From contig NC_000854.2 of NCBI RefSeq assembly GCF_000011125.1, forward strand, positions 1,200,001 through 1,232,000: 32,000 bases of DNA. The letters run 5' to 3'. Each line of letters opens with the position of its first letter. Position 1 is the first letter of the stretch. Position numbers and translations under genes: made by a program. The notes under the pieces were generated by a model. That model saw only the letters and a list, made by a program, of their open reading frames with translations, did no database searches and was not told where the DNA came from. The DNA comes from Aeropyrum pernix K1. Its GTDB lineage: Archaea; Thermoproteota; Thermoprotei_A; Sulfolobales; Acidilobaceae. This document shows positions 1 through 9,318 of the stretch, piece after piece.

Positions 1-710
1 ATCACCAGCCCCTCCTCAGCGGTCACTATAAGCCTCGCCACATCTGGAGCCGCAACCATAGCGTCTATCTTCCCCGTCTTAAGCGCTATGGTCATCTCCG
101 GGTAAACCCTGTCGTAGGTAACTATCTCCGCCTTGTCTCCGAAGTACTTGTTGGCAAGCTCCTCCTCCACAGTCGCAGACTGCACGCCTATCTTCTTGCC
201 AGCTAGCCAGTCGAAGCCCGTGTAGCCTGAGGCGTCCTCCGCCTTCACGATTATAGCCTTGCCTGTTTCGCACCTGTAGGGTATGGTGAAGTCTACCGCC
301 TCAAGCCTCTCAGGCTTCATGGCAACATCCGCTATGACTATATCCACCTTACCGCTCTGCACGGCCTGGAAGAGGGCCGCGAACTTCATGTCAACTATCT
401 CCAGCTGGACGCCGAGGCCGTCTGCTATTTTCTTGGCAAGCTCTATGTCTATCCCCGCGTAGCCGCCCTGCGGATCTATATACTCGTAGGGAGGCCAGTC
501 GGCGCTAGTACCAACCTTGAGCACGCCCCTCTCCTTAATATTGTCGAGAAGACCGTAGCCTACTGAACACTTCTCCTGGAGGGCCTGCAACTCTGGCTGC
601 ACCGTTTGGCCGCCGGAGAAGACCGCCTGATAGGCAGCAACCCCCAGCGCCAAACCCACAACAAGGGCTACAAGGGCGGCTGCCAGCAATTTAGGTTCAA
701 ACACCGCCAT
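1..710 (-). CDS. Amino-acid ABC transporter substrate-binding protein (SBP_bac_3 family), truncated at the left window edge
   Basis: Absent from the ORF track. Manual minus-strand translation from ATG at 710 gives MAVFEPKLLAAALVALVVGLALGV...VLKVGTSADWPPYEYIDPQGGYAGIDIELAKKIADGLGVQLEIVDMKF...; signal/TM N-terminus followed by the family's VGTSADWPPYEY and GIDIELAK motifs; open to position 1. Confidence 0.88.
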   Translation of the reverse strand, partial: MAVFEPKLLAAALVALVVGLALGVAAYQAVFSGGQTVQPELQALQEKCSVGYGLLDNIKERGVLKVGTSADWPPYEYIDPQGGYAGIDIELAKKIADGLGVQLEIVDMKFAALFQAVQSGKVDIVIADVAMKPERLEAVDFTIPYRCETGKAIIVKAEDASGYTGFDWLAGKKIGVQSATVEEELANKYFGDKAEIVTYDRVYPEMTIALKTGKIDAMVAAPDVARLIVTAEEGLV

Positions 711-767
711 TTCCATCGCCTCAACCAAACACCCATAACAAGCCTTTTTTAAAATATCGCTACAGTT

Positions 768-782
768 GAATTTTTATAAAGA
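768..782 (+). promoter_or_regulatory. Archaeal TATA-box promoter for the ACT-domain gene
   Basis: TTTTTATAAA at 771-780, about 40 bp before the GTG start at 817. Confidence 0.5.
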
Positions 783-816
783 CTAGTTGTTACAAATGTA
801 ACCATAGGGGGTCCTA

Positions 817-1536
817 GTGTCCGGCGTCACAGCCAAGCTTGTGAGAGAGTACGTAGCAGGCGACCCCGTACTGCTTGAGTGCCTGAGGAAGGGGATAGTG
901 AACTATAGCGCGCTTGCACGGAGGCTAGCGGAGGACCTCGAAAAGGCCACTGGGGAGAAGCACAGTGTAGTAGCGGTCAAAATGGCCTTGGTGAGGCTGG
1001 CTGAAAAGCTTGAGTCAGAGCCTATAGGTGAGATAGAGAGGATAATAGCCGCGAGCGCCCTCGCCGTGCAAGACTACATATCAGTCATAACAGTTCCCAG
1101 GGAAAGCATAACTAGAGCACTTAAGATTGTATCACAGCTTGGAGAAAACTCCAGATTCATACAGTTTGTCCAGAGCCTCAGAACCGCTACCATAATAGTT
1201 GCTTCTGAGGATAAGGAGAAGATTCTGGAGAGGCTGCAAAACGTTATAGAGGTTATAGACAGGCAGAGCGCGGTCATACTTGTAAGTCCCAGAAGCATAG
1301 TCACTACACCGGGTGTTGTAGCCTATATAACCGGTTTCCTGGCTAGAAGCGGAATCAACATAACCCAAGTTATATCATGCTATGTGGACACAATACTAGT
1401 CTTAAACTCTGAAGAAGCGAGCAAAGCCTACACACTACTACACAGGTTAATCGATGCTCTGAGACGGAAGTATAGCGTGGCGGAGGCAGCGGTCGGAACC
1501 GGTGGAGGCTCCACACAGCCCCTGCAGGGGGGCTAG
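817..1536 (+). CDS. ACT-domain-like regulatory protein
   Basis: 239-aa ORF with GTG start; C-terminal half (VITVPRESITRALKIVSQL...; PGVVAYITGFLARSGINITQVISCYVDTILVLNSEEASKAYTLLHRLI) has the ACT pattern. Confidence 0.7.
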   Translation: MSGVTAKLVREYVAGDPVLLECLRKGIVNYSALARRLAEDLEKATGEKHSVVAVKMALVRLAEKLESEPIGEIERIIAASALAVQDYISVITVPRESITRALKIVSQLGENSRFIQFVQSLRTATIIVASEDKEKILERLQNVIEVIDRQSAVILVSPRSIVTTPGVVAYITGFLARSGINITQVISCYVDTILVLNSEEASKAYTLLHRLIDALRRKYSVAEAAVGTGGGSTQPLQGG

Positions 1537-1617
1537 GAGACGTGCAAAACTCCTCATCCCAGGATATAGTTCGGCTGGCGGCGAGGTTTTAAAGGGAGCC
1601 TGGAATACCCGCGAGTC

Positions 1618-3273
1618 CTACAGCTGCGGCACTATGTCCTGGGGAACAACAATCGAGCCTATCACGAAGTCTATTATTTCGACTGCCACGAAGATGCTCC
1701 CAGCTGATAGTAGGAGGTAGAGGGCTAGGTAGAAGTAGAAGGATGTTTTTGAGCCTGGTGTAACTCTTGTTACCACTGCACTATTGACTATAACGAGTGT
1801 TGTGACAAAAATAAGATTGAGTATAGGTAGGAGGCTAACGTCCATGGATCTGAAGGGGAAGATGCTGGCTATCTCGGGGGGTAGCTGGGTTGTGAGCTGT
1901 TGGAGTATGTTTGAGAATAGCTCAAGCAGCTTACTCATTATAAGCAGGATTATTATCGCCGCCCCGTGCATTATGAAGAGCGTTGAAGAGAAGGTGCTCG
2001 CAACCTGGTATCGGAGCTTCCTCAGCCGGTTCATGTCGTTGTGATGATCTGATATGAGAGCCCCTGCTAAATCCGGGTTACCGCCAGCCTCAACTGTGTC
2101 AGTGAAAATGATTATGCCTCTCCTTGCCATTTCACTGCCAGTCTCCGCAGAGAACAAGTCCCACGCTACGTTGGGGTTTATCGAGTTTTTGAGACGGGTG
2201 TAAAGCCTCTTGATGGGCCCCATTAGTATGCCTAGATTGCTTATAAGAAGGGGCTCGAGAGCCTTAACCATGTTTCCCACGGTCGAGAGGTGGGAGCCGT
2301 AGCTTCGTATGAATACTGGGAAGAACTCGTCAACGTTCCTAACTTTAGACTCCTCCATCCTGGCTATAACTCCCACAGGTAGCAGTAGAAGGCCTGCGGC
2401 CGCGTATGCCAGTACTAGGCCTGTGAAGTCGAGCCCGCCCCTCATATAGATTATGCCCGCCCCCACAGCGGCCCCGAGGGCTATGGCTAAACCCCCCGCC
2501 GCCTTCAGAAGCTTATATCTGAGAATCTCCGGGTTCCCGCGGTATTCGAAGGGCTCTTGCTTAAGCGACATGAATACTAGAAGGCCGAGGAGTATAGCCC
2601 CCACAGTCACCGCAGCGTAAGACAGGTAGAGTATCCTGGTGTCGCCTCCGAAGAAGAAGGCCAGCACCATAAATGTTGACACCAGGAACACGAGGCTGCC
2701 CAGCATGGTAACGTAGATTCCCAGGAGGACCCTAGCAGAGTTCATAGTCCTGGTGTAGACGTTCTCGTACTCGGCTAGGAGGGTCCTATACTCCCTCTCG
2801 AAGAACTCCTCCACATCCTCACCAACGGCTAGGACGCCGCTCAGCCTCTGGAGTATGTTCCTCAGGATCTCGCCCTCTACCGAGTCAGCTATGATAGATA
2901 CTGCCTTGGGAAAGCTGTACCCCCACTCCTTCCCTAGGTCATATATGCTCCTGAACAGCCTGGAGTAGCCCCCGTAAACCTGTGGAAAGTCTGCTATCGC
3001 CCTGAATATCCTGCCCACCGGCGGCTTACCGGAAGCCACCAGCCTCATGTGGAGGAGTATGTAGAGTAGCTCTGCGTCGAGCACGTGTATCTTCGAGGCC
3101 ATCAGGTAGAGCATAGCCTGGAGGCCGGCGAAGGTGAGCATTATTACTATGGCCGTTAGGTAGCTGGTGGGCGGCTCCATAAGCAGCGCTACTCCCCCGG
3201 CCACGGGCAGCCCGAGCAGGACTAGGCCCACCCTGTAGAAGGCCTTTCTCGCTAGTGCCCGTGGCCGGGGCAA
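1618..3273 (-). CDS. arlJ: Archaellum membrane platform protein ArlJ/FlaJ (GspF/TadC-like)
   Basis: 551-aa multi-TM protein directly downstream of arlI; GspF-like cytoplasmic segments and typical order I-J. Confidence 0.88.
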   Translation of the reverse strand: MPRPRALARKAFYRVGLVLLGLPVAGGVALLMEPPTSYLTAIVIMLTFAGLQAMLYLMASKIHVLDAELLYILLHMRLVASGKPPVGRIFRAIADFPQVYGGYSRLFRSIYDLGKEWGYSFPKAVSIIADSVEGEILRNILQRLSGVLAVGEDVEEFFEREYRTLLAEYENVYTRTMNSARVLLGIYVTMLGSLVFLVSTFMVLAFFFGGDTRILYLSYAAVTVGAILLGLLVFMSLKQEPFEYRGNPEILRYKLLKAAGGLAIALGAAVGAGIIYMRGGLDFTGLVLAYAAAGLLLLPVGVIARMEESKVRNVDEFFPVFIRSYGSHLSTVGNMVKALEPLLISNLGILMGPIKRLYTRLKNSINPNVAWDLFSAETGSEMARRGIIIFTDTVEAGGNPDLAGALISDHHNDMNRLRKLRYQVASTFSSTLFIMHGAAIIILLIMSKLLELFSNILQQLTTQLPPEIASIFPFRSMDVSLLPILNLIFVTTLVIVNSAVVTRVTPGSKTSFYFYLALYLLLSAGSIFVAVEIIDFVIGSIVVPQDIVPQL

Positions 3274-3289
3274 GGCTGGATACCCCGCT

Positions 3290-5029
3290 CTAGCTAAGAA
3301 GCTCGTCCCTCTCGAGACGCTTTAGAGCCTCTTCCACTCCTATGTTGTAGGCCCTCACTATAGCCTTGTAGACGTCGAAGTAGTCCAGTATGTTCTTGTC
3401 AACTAGCGTCTGGAGGAAGCGCCTCCTAAGCTCGAGTTCCTCATAGATGATGGAAAGCTCCCTCCTTGGTATGCCTTTCATTGTGGCTATCTTCTCTTCG
3501 AGCAGGTAGCTCGCGCCCCTGCCGGAGAATATGAACTTGTCCCTTACGGGATCCCAGGTGAAGGAGGGCACCGCCGCTATGGCACCGCTGGAGGGGTCGT
3601 AACCTATTATCTCGTCTATCTCCAGGACCCTCCTCGCCGGGAAGCCTTTAACATGCACCGCGCTCTGGAACCAAGCTATGTTGAGACTGTCTATGTTGGT
3701 CTTTGGCACGTTGATAGGGTGGTTGGTCAGCCTCTGCAGCAGCCTGCTTAGGTTGGCTGCGTGGAACGTAGCCATGACGGGGTGGCCTGTCTGCATCGCC
3801 TGGAACGCTATGTTGCCCTCTGCACCCCTTATCTCGCCGACTATTATGTAGTTAGGCCTCTGCCTCAAGGCCGCCCTGAGAAGGTCGAACATGGTAACGC
3901 TTGTCTCTGGCTTCCCAGTGTTCCTTGTCAGCTCCCTCGTCCAGTTGGGGTGGGGTAGCACAACCTCGGCTGTATCCTCTATAGTCACGATTTTAGCGTC
4001 CGGCCTTATGAAGACGGATATGGCGTTGAGGCTTGTAGTCTTGCCGCTCGCCGTCTCCCCACAGATGAAGACGCTCATACCCTCCTCCAGCATCATCCAC
4101 ATGTAAGCTGCTATCCTTGCGTCGAAGGTGCCCCACTTTATGAGCTGCGTCACGCTTATCGGTATCTTAGAGACCTTCCTTATAGTGAAGTTGCTGCCCT
4201 TCAGGCTCACGTCGCTGCCGAAAACTATGTTGATCCTGCTTCCGTCTGGGAGCGTCGCGTCAACCACTGGCCGCGCGTGGCTTATAGGCTTCCCAATCTT
4301 CTCCCCCAGCTTGAGTATAAAGTCGTCGAGCTCGCCCTCAGTCTCGAACCTAACGCTCGACTCGAGGCTCCTGAACATCTTGTGGACAACATAAACAGGG
4401 CCGACGCCGTTGCAGGATATGTCCTCCAAGTATGGGTCTCTGAGGAACGGCTCCAGAGGTCCTACGCCCACCTTCTCCCTTATGAAATGGTATTTCAGGT
4501 AGTTGTAGTATCTTTCGGGTATCACTATGCGGCCGCGCTTAACAGCATACTGCCAGCTACCGTTCCCCCCGTTACCACCAGCTATCCTCTCCGAGGAGGT
4601 TACGGCTACTACCTTGTCGAGGGCTGCTAGCAGTATCCTCTTCTTCTCCTCGCTACTCCTTGGAGCGTCTTCCTCGCTCAGGACAAGGGCTATCTTATAG
4701 TCTATGAGCCTAACGAGGTCCTCCGGAGGCCTGGGGGGCTCTACAACCACGTACTTGTTGTAGCCGCTCTCCGACAGAGGGTCGTTGTAAGCGTGTATGA
4801 AGATGCCGAAGCCTACAGGGTAAATCACGTTGAACTCCCTGGCGTTCTTCATGCTAGACGGTATCTTCTCCACAAGCTCCGGCTCCTCCCTCCCAGTCTC
4901 GGACGTGAACCTCCTCACATACTCCTCCAGGTACTCCGGCCTATCCCCGAACTCGGGCTCGCTAACCTCAAGGTCTCTTAGACCCCGCCTACGCCTCCCG
5001 AATACGCGGAGGAGCGACAAGACATCCAC
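3290..5029 (-). CDS. arlI: Archaellum secretion/motor ATPase ArlI/FlaI (GspE family)
   Basis: Walker A GETASGKTT, Asp box VTIEDTAEVVLPH, GEIRGAEG, HPVMATFHAA; GTG start. Confidence 0.95.
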   Translation of the reverse strand: MDVLSLLRVFGRRRRGLRDLEVSEPEFGDRPEYLEEYVRRFTSETGREEPELVEKIPSSMKNAREFNVIYPVGFGIFIHAYNDPLSESGYNKYVVVEPPRPPEDLVRLIDYKIALVLSEEDAPRSSEEKKRILLAALDKVVAVTSSERIAGGNGGNGSWQYAVKRGRIVIPERYYNYLKYHFIREKVGVGPLEPFLRDPYLEDISCNGVGPVYVVHKMFRSLESSVRFETEGELDDFILKLGEKIGKPISHARPVVDATLPDGSRINIVFGSDVSLKGSNFTIRKVSKIPISVTQLIKWGTFDARIAAYMWMMLEEGMSVFICGETASGKTTSLNAISVFIRPDAKIVTIEDTAEVVLPHPNWTRELTRNTGKPETSVTMFDLLRAALRQRPNYIIVGEIRGAEGNIAFQAMQTGHPVMATFHAANLSRLLQRLTNHPINVPKTNIDSLNIAWFQSAVHVKGFPARRVLEIDEIIGYDPSSGAIAAVPSFTWDPVRDKFIFSGRGASYLLEEKIATMKGIPRRELSIIYEELELRRRFLQTLVDKNILDYFDVYKAIVRAYNIGVEEALKRLERDELLS

Positions 5030-5034
5030 CCCCT

Positions 5035-5772
5035 CTAGACGCTCGCCAGGGCTATCGGGACAAGCTTTATCCCGAAGGAGGGGTCAACATCGAAGGTTAT
5101 CGTCGGGTCAAACTGGCTCCTAGCCCCCTTAAGCTTCACTATCTTCAAGACCTTCACAGTCTTCCCGGCCAGGCTGGCTAGGGAAAGCTTCATGTAGCCG
5201 TCGCATGTCGCTCTAGCCCTAGTTGTGAGGTCCTCCCTCAAGACACCCTCATGTAGTGTTAGAACCACTAGCTTGCCCCTGTCTGCTATTAGCCTTACGG
5301 TGTTGAAGAAGTTCAGCACCCTTATTGGGGAGGAGTAGATTGCAATGTGGCTCAGACTATCGACGAGGAGGACCTCGTACCTCCTCGACTCAGACTCTAG
5401 GAACCGGGATATCAAATCTAGGAGGACTGTAGCGCTCCTCCGCCCCCACCTCGACCCCTCGAACTGGGTCGAATAAACGTCCAGTCTCCCCCTGAGGAAG
5501 TGCTCGGTAAGGCTTATCCCAGCGGCCTCGCTCTTCAGAATGTACCCCCTTATTGTAGATTCCGTCACCACTGCCAGACCCCTCAGCCCCATATCAAGAG
5601 CCCCTTTAAGAAAGAGCTGTGACAACGCTGTCTTCCCCGTGCCGTGAGGCCCCTCTATTATTAGTAGGCTTGGGAAGGGGACCCCACCCCCCAGCTTTAT
5701 ATCGAACTCCTCATTACCCGTGGGGACTATCTCAACCTTACCCTCAGGCATCCCAGCCCCGTTCGACGCCAT
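5035..5772 (-). CDS. arlH: Archaellum ATPase ArlH/FlaH (KaiC-like)
   Basis: Walker A GPHGTGKTAL, Walker B LLVDSLSHIAI, RecA/KaiC-like fold, located between arlF and arlI. Confidence 0.9.
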   Translation of the reverse strand: MASNGAGMPEGKVEIVPTGNEEFDIKLGGGVPFPSLLIIEGPHGTGKTALSQLFLKGALDMGLRGLAVVTESTIRGYILKSEAAGISLTEHFLRGRLDVYSTQFEGSRWGRRSATVLLDLISRFLESESRRYEVLLVDSLSHIAIYSSPIRVLNFFNTVRLIADRGKLVVLTLHEGVLREDLTTRARATCDGYMKLSLASLAGKTVKVLKIVKLKGARSQFDPTITFDVDPSFGIKLVPIALASV

Positions 5773-5779
5773 ACTTAAT

Positions 5780-6328
5780 TCACCTCAGGTAGGAGAATAG
5801 AGTTCTGAAGCCGGTGGAGTATGCGAATATAATTGTTACCTCGTCAAGCCCTAGAGAGACTATGGTGTTTTTAGTGTTTTGATCAAGGTTTATGTCAATT
5901 ACGACCGTCTCCCCCGGGTACACTGGCTCTCCCTCCGTGTATACCACATACGTTGTCCCCACGTCGGCATCCAGCCTACCTACAAGGACTGGAGCCCACT
6001 CGGCGCCGTAGTCCAAGGGTAGGGTAAGTGTGATTCCTGTTGTAGTGTTCTTGAATACTAGTATGAGGTCAGAGTTCGGGAAATCCCAGACTGCCTGGGA
6101 ACCGGTGTTGCGGAGTTCAATACTTTCAGGAATGTTGAACAGGTCCATGGACACGCTTATCACCTGCAGTTCAATACCTTCATCTACACTCTCCTTCAAC
6201 AACTTCTCGTTGAAGCTATCGGCTACTAGCATGTCAATCGAGGAGATCAAGTGGCCTCCTATCAGCGCAAGGACAGCGACTAGACCTATCCCCACTAGAG
6301 CCCCCGATATAGTGCTTGAGACACCCAT
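5780..6328 (-). CDS. arlF: Archaellum stator protein ArlF/FlaF
   Basis: N-terminal TM helix followed by beta-rich domain; position in the G-F-H-I-J order. Confidence 0.75.
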   Translation of the reverse strand: MGVSSTISGALVGIGLVAVLALIGGHLISSIDMLVADSFNEKLLKESVDEGIELQVISVSMDLFNIPESIELRNTGSQAVWDFPNSDLILVFKNTTTGITLTLPLDYGAEWAPVLVGRLDADVGTTYVVYTEGEPVYPGETVVIDINLDQNTKNTIVSLGLDEVTIIFAYSTGFRTLFSYLR

Positions 6329-6334
6329 TTAGGG

Positions 6335-6820
6335 TCACCCCGCTGGCTCTACGAAAGACATTTTTGCGCCGGTTGGGGTGACTAGGATAAGCTTAACTGG
6401 ATTACTGTATGCCGAGGGGGGGTTCAAAACAAGCTCTATGAGCTCCCCTACCTCCCATACCCCGTCCTGCGTTCCATACTCTACATAGCTCCAGGTTCCC
6501 TGTCCACCTGTAGTGTTGTAAGTGTAGTAGTCTAGCTCCCCCCCATATGGGCCCAGGAAAACCTCCATGTTTTCTATGTTCGTCATGGGTGTGAGGCCGG
6601 TATTCTTTAGATAGACTCTATACAGGTTGTTGGCTTCATCATAAACAATGTAAACCAGGGTAACTTCGGTCCTCATCTTGTCGGATATACTCTTGTATAT
6701 GGACTGGAGGGAGTTGCCTATCTCGTAGGAGCTGAATATGGCTATCCCGGCGAAGATACTGGCCATAGTTACAGCCACTATGGTGAGGAGCGCGTGGGCT
6801 ATTACTGTTGATTCTCCCAT
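6335..6820 (-). CDS. arlG: Archaellum stator protein ArlG/FlaG
   Basis: 161 aa, N-terminal TM (VIAHALLTIVAVTMASIFAGIAIFSSYE) plus beta-rich domain; conserved order. Confidence 0.75.
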   Translation of the reverse strand: MGESTVIAHALLTIVAVTMASIFAGIAIFSSYEIGNSLQSIYKSISDKMRTEVTLVYIVYDEANNLYRVYLKNTGLTPMTNIENMEVFLGPYGGELDYYTYNTTGGQGTWSYVEYGTQDGVWEVGELIELVLNPPSAYSNPVKLILVTPTGAKMSFVEPAG

Positions 6821-7596
6821 CTCCTACCACCAAGAAGCCTCACCACGAGCCTAAACACTTCCTTCTCAAACTCCTCATCCCTGATGCCGAGGCTCCTGGC
6901 TATGCTATAAACAGCTACAATTTGCTCTTCGGGGGTGAGGCCGAGCTTACGGGCCTCCCTCATAAGCTCTATATACTTCCTTACAACCTCCCTCCTTCTT
7001 TCGTCAAGCTGGCCGGAAGCTTCAAGCAAGTCAATTATCTTCTCAAAAACCTCGGGAGGCATACTCTCCCCGAGACTCCAGAGGGTCTTAGCAACCTCAA
7101 CCAAGTCAGCCATACTAGGGGTCGGCCCAGCCTTACCACTAGCCAGCTCGTTAAGCCTAGTTTCCCTAAAGTTTGCCGGATGTATCGAACTGTCTTCGAA
7201 CCCTTTGAAGCCATTAGCGTGTTCAGCCCGTCTAAAATTCTCCTGAGGAGGAGTACCCACGTCTGGAGTATTAGCATCCCATAGGTCCTTGTTCTTACCG
7301 CCCACGCTACTCTCGGAGGTACTCTTAGGACTGGTAGTAGCTTGTCCGGGATTATGAGCTACCCCTACATGTATATTTGGTGTGAATATGTTGGGTGAAG
7401 CGCTAACTGGAGCGAGGTCCTCGCCCCCCGCCTCCCCCCCATCCTCTTCACCCTCGTTTACCATAACCTTTCGCAGGGGATTCCTGGACTCTAGAAGAAC
7501 GCTTCTAAGCTCCAGGACAACCTCTCTAAGCGACTCTAGAAGCTCCCTCAGCTCCTTGTCGCCCCCTCCAGCATCGCCCACGTTAGCCACCCCCAT
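6802..7596 (-). CDS. Coiled-coil protein in the arlX position of the archaellum operon
   Basis: 264 aa; N-terminal heptad-like KELRELLESLREVVLELRSVLLE, low-complexity middle, helical C-terminus; no clear TM helix; overlaps arlG by 19 bp. Confidence 0.6.
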   Translation of the reverse strand: MGVANVGDAGGGDKELRELLESLREVVLELRSVLLESRNPLRKVMVNEGEEDGGEAGGEDLAPVSASPNIFTPNIHVGVAHNPGQATTSPKSTSESSVGGKNKDLWDANTPDVGTPPQENFRRAEHANGFKGFEDSSIHPANFRETRLNELASGKAGPTPSMADLVEVAKTLWSLGESMPPEVFEKIIDLLEASGQLDERRREVVRKYIELMREARKLGLTPEEQIVAVYSIARSLGIRDEEFEKEVFRLVVRLLGGRRWENQQ

Positions 7597-7682
7597 CGCG
7601 TCTCTCCAACTCGCGATATCAACCTCGACACTTCTCCAAGCATCATCGAAACAATCTACCCTAAACTTGCAAAGTAAATCGT

Positions 7683-7709
7683 AAAAAAATCCTTTAGGTT
7701 ACAAAAAAA
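7683..7709 (-). terminator. Putative U-tract intrinsic terminator(s) after the second archaellin gene
   Basis: On the minus strand two T7 tracts (+ strand A7 at 7703-7709 and 7683-7689) lie just downstream of the stop at 7720. Confidence 0.5.
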
Positions 7710-7719
7710 GGGTTTACGG

Positions 7720-8331
7720 CTAGCCAAGGCTTACAGCACCGCCCGTTGGTAGAGATGCAGGAACTATCCTCTCTACGGTTAGGGCAGCTCCCTGTACTGG
7801 CCTGACCTCTACTTTAAACTCCTCATAGCTGTTAAGGGGTGTTGGAAGTTCCAGGACTAGAAGCCCTTTCTCGCCAAGCTCCAGCACATTGTCGCCATCG
7901 CCATTGAAAATTACTAGGTACGCCCAGCCTGTAGTACAAGCTATACTGCTTGTTATAGTGGAGAGCTTGCTGTCTGAGAGACTGCTCCCATCGAATACTC
8001 CACAATAGGCATTCTCGTAGAATTTCGATGGCAACATGACTCTGACAGTAGTCTTGTCCACAGACATATCAACACCTTCCCTCCCTGGAGACACCTTGAT
8101 GGGTATAGCTATAGCGTCCACACTTCCCGATGTTACGTTGGCTATTACGCTGCCGTCGACCTCCAGGGCAGAGGTAGCCTCCTCAAGACCCCTCTGCATG
8201 ACCTCCTTGCTCTTCTGGGTTGTGAACAGACCCATGTTGAGGGCGACGAACGCCAGCGCCGCAGCCACTATCACGAAAGCTATCAGAACTATCGCCGCCT
8301 CAATACCCACAATACCCCTTCGCCGCCTCAT
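7720..8331 (-). CDS. arlB: Archaellin, second copy
   Basis: 203 aa; class III signal peptide MRRRRG^[23 protein letters not shown]; ATG start. Confidence 0.92.
   Translation of the reverse strand: MRRRRGIVGIEAAIVLIAFVIVAAALAFVALNMGLFTTQKSKEVMQRGLEEATSALEVDGSVIANVTSGSVDAIAIPIKVSPGREGVDMSVDKTTVRVMLPSKFYENAYCGVFDGSSLSDSKLSTITSSIACTTGWAYLVIFNGDGDNVLELGEKGLLVLELPTPLNSYEEFKVEVRPVQGAALTVERIVPASLPTGGAVSLG
8140..8330 (-). repeat. Direct repeat copy A: shared 5' coding block of the two archaellin genes
   Basis: 191 bp identical by eye to 8902-9092 (offset 762). Confidence 0.9.
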
Positions 8332-8352
8332 ATCTAGCCACCTCTACGTCAT

Positions 8353-9093
8353 CTACCCTAGATCTACAGGGGCTACTGCATAGGTTGTTGTTCCAGTCGT
8401 CGCATCAGAAGTAGAGTCTAGTGGCGGTAGCGTAGGCGGTATGACCCTCTCTAGTGTTAGGCTAGCTCCCGAGACCGCTCTGAGCTCTATCATTATCTTG
8501 TCATACGGTTCCAGATAATCGACATCTATTGTTGCTGTGGTATCGCTGTCTAACCGTATTATCAGAAGTCCTTTCTCGCCAAGCTCTAGCACGCTATCAC
8601 CGTCTCCGTTTATTACGTACACGTATGCATCGGTTGCTACGAATGGGCCTGGTGAAGTGGTGTAGGGTTCACATCCTGTGGGCGCGTTGCTGAGTACAGC
8701 CTCGAAGTCTTCTCCAGCAGATCCACTTGCGTAGCCGCAGTACACGTTCTCGTAGAAGCCGTTGGGGAGTAGTAACCTCACCGTTAGCTTGCTAGGATCG
8801 AGGTCTATTCCCTCTCTGCCAGGAGATATTTTTAGAGGTACTGCTAGAGCATCGACGACTATGTTGTAGCTGCCTGTAGTAGTGTCTGCATCTATTGCCC
8901 GGGCTATTACGCTGCCGTCGACCTCCAGGGCAGAGGTAGCCTCCTCAAGACCCCTCTGCATGACCTCCTTGCTCTTCTGGGTTGTGAACAGACCCATGTT
9001 GAGGGCGACGAACGCCAGCGCCGCAGCCACTATCACGAAAGCTATCAGAACTATCGCCGCCTCAATACCCACAATACCCCTTCGCCGCCTCAC
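8353..9093 (-). CDS. arlB: Archaellin, first copy
   Basis: 246 aa; same first 64 aa as the downstream copy; GTG start. Confidence 0.92.
8902..9092 (-). repeat. Direct repeat copy B: shared 5' coding block of the two archaellin genes
   Basis: 191 bp identical by eye to 8140-8330. Confidence 0.9.
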
Positions 9094-9186
9094 GCTTTTG
9101 CACCCTTTGCCTTATGGACCGTTATTTTAGATTGGCGGTGTACGCTGTAGAGGCTAATCTTCTTAGCGTAATACCTGGTGGGAGGG

Positions 9187-9203
9187 GGGTATTTAAGGGG
9201 GGT
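9187..9203 (-). promoter_or_regulatory. Candidate archaellum operon promoter
   Basis: Minus strand CCCCCCTTAAATACC, about 100 bp upstream of the first archaellin start; an alternative TATA-like CGCTTTTAAAC lies near 9280. Confidence 0.35.
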
Positions 9204-9318
9204 TGGCAGCGCCGGGCTTCTAACAGGTGTTTGGGTGTCTAGCCTGGTGTGCTGTTATCGTATTACCCAGGGTGTACTCTGTTTAAAAGCGGGGTTGATG
9301 CTGCGGGGGCCCTGGATT

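Noticed and set aside
1074-4981. Antisense ORFs opposite the ACT, arlJ and arlI genes
   Set aside because: Each is opposite a well-supported gene and has no recognisable domain.
8036-9130. Two similar plus-strand ORFs at 8036-8383 and 8882-9130
   Set aside because: Antisense shadows of the duplicated archaellin 5' block; their similarity is explained by the 191-bp repeat.
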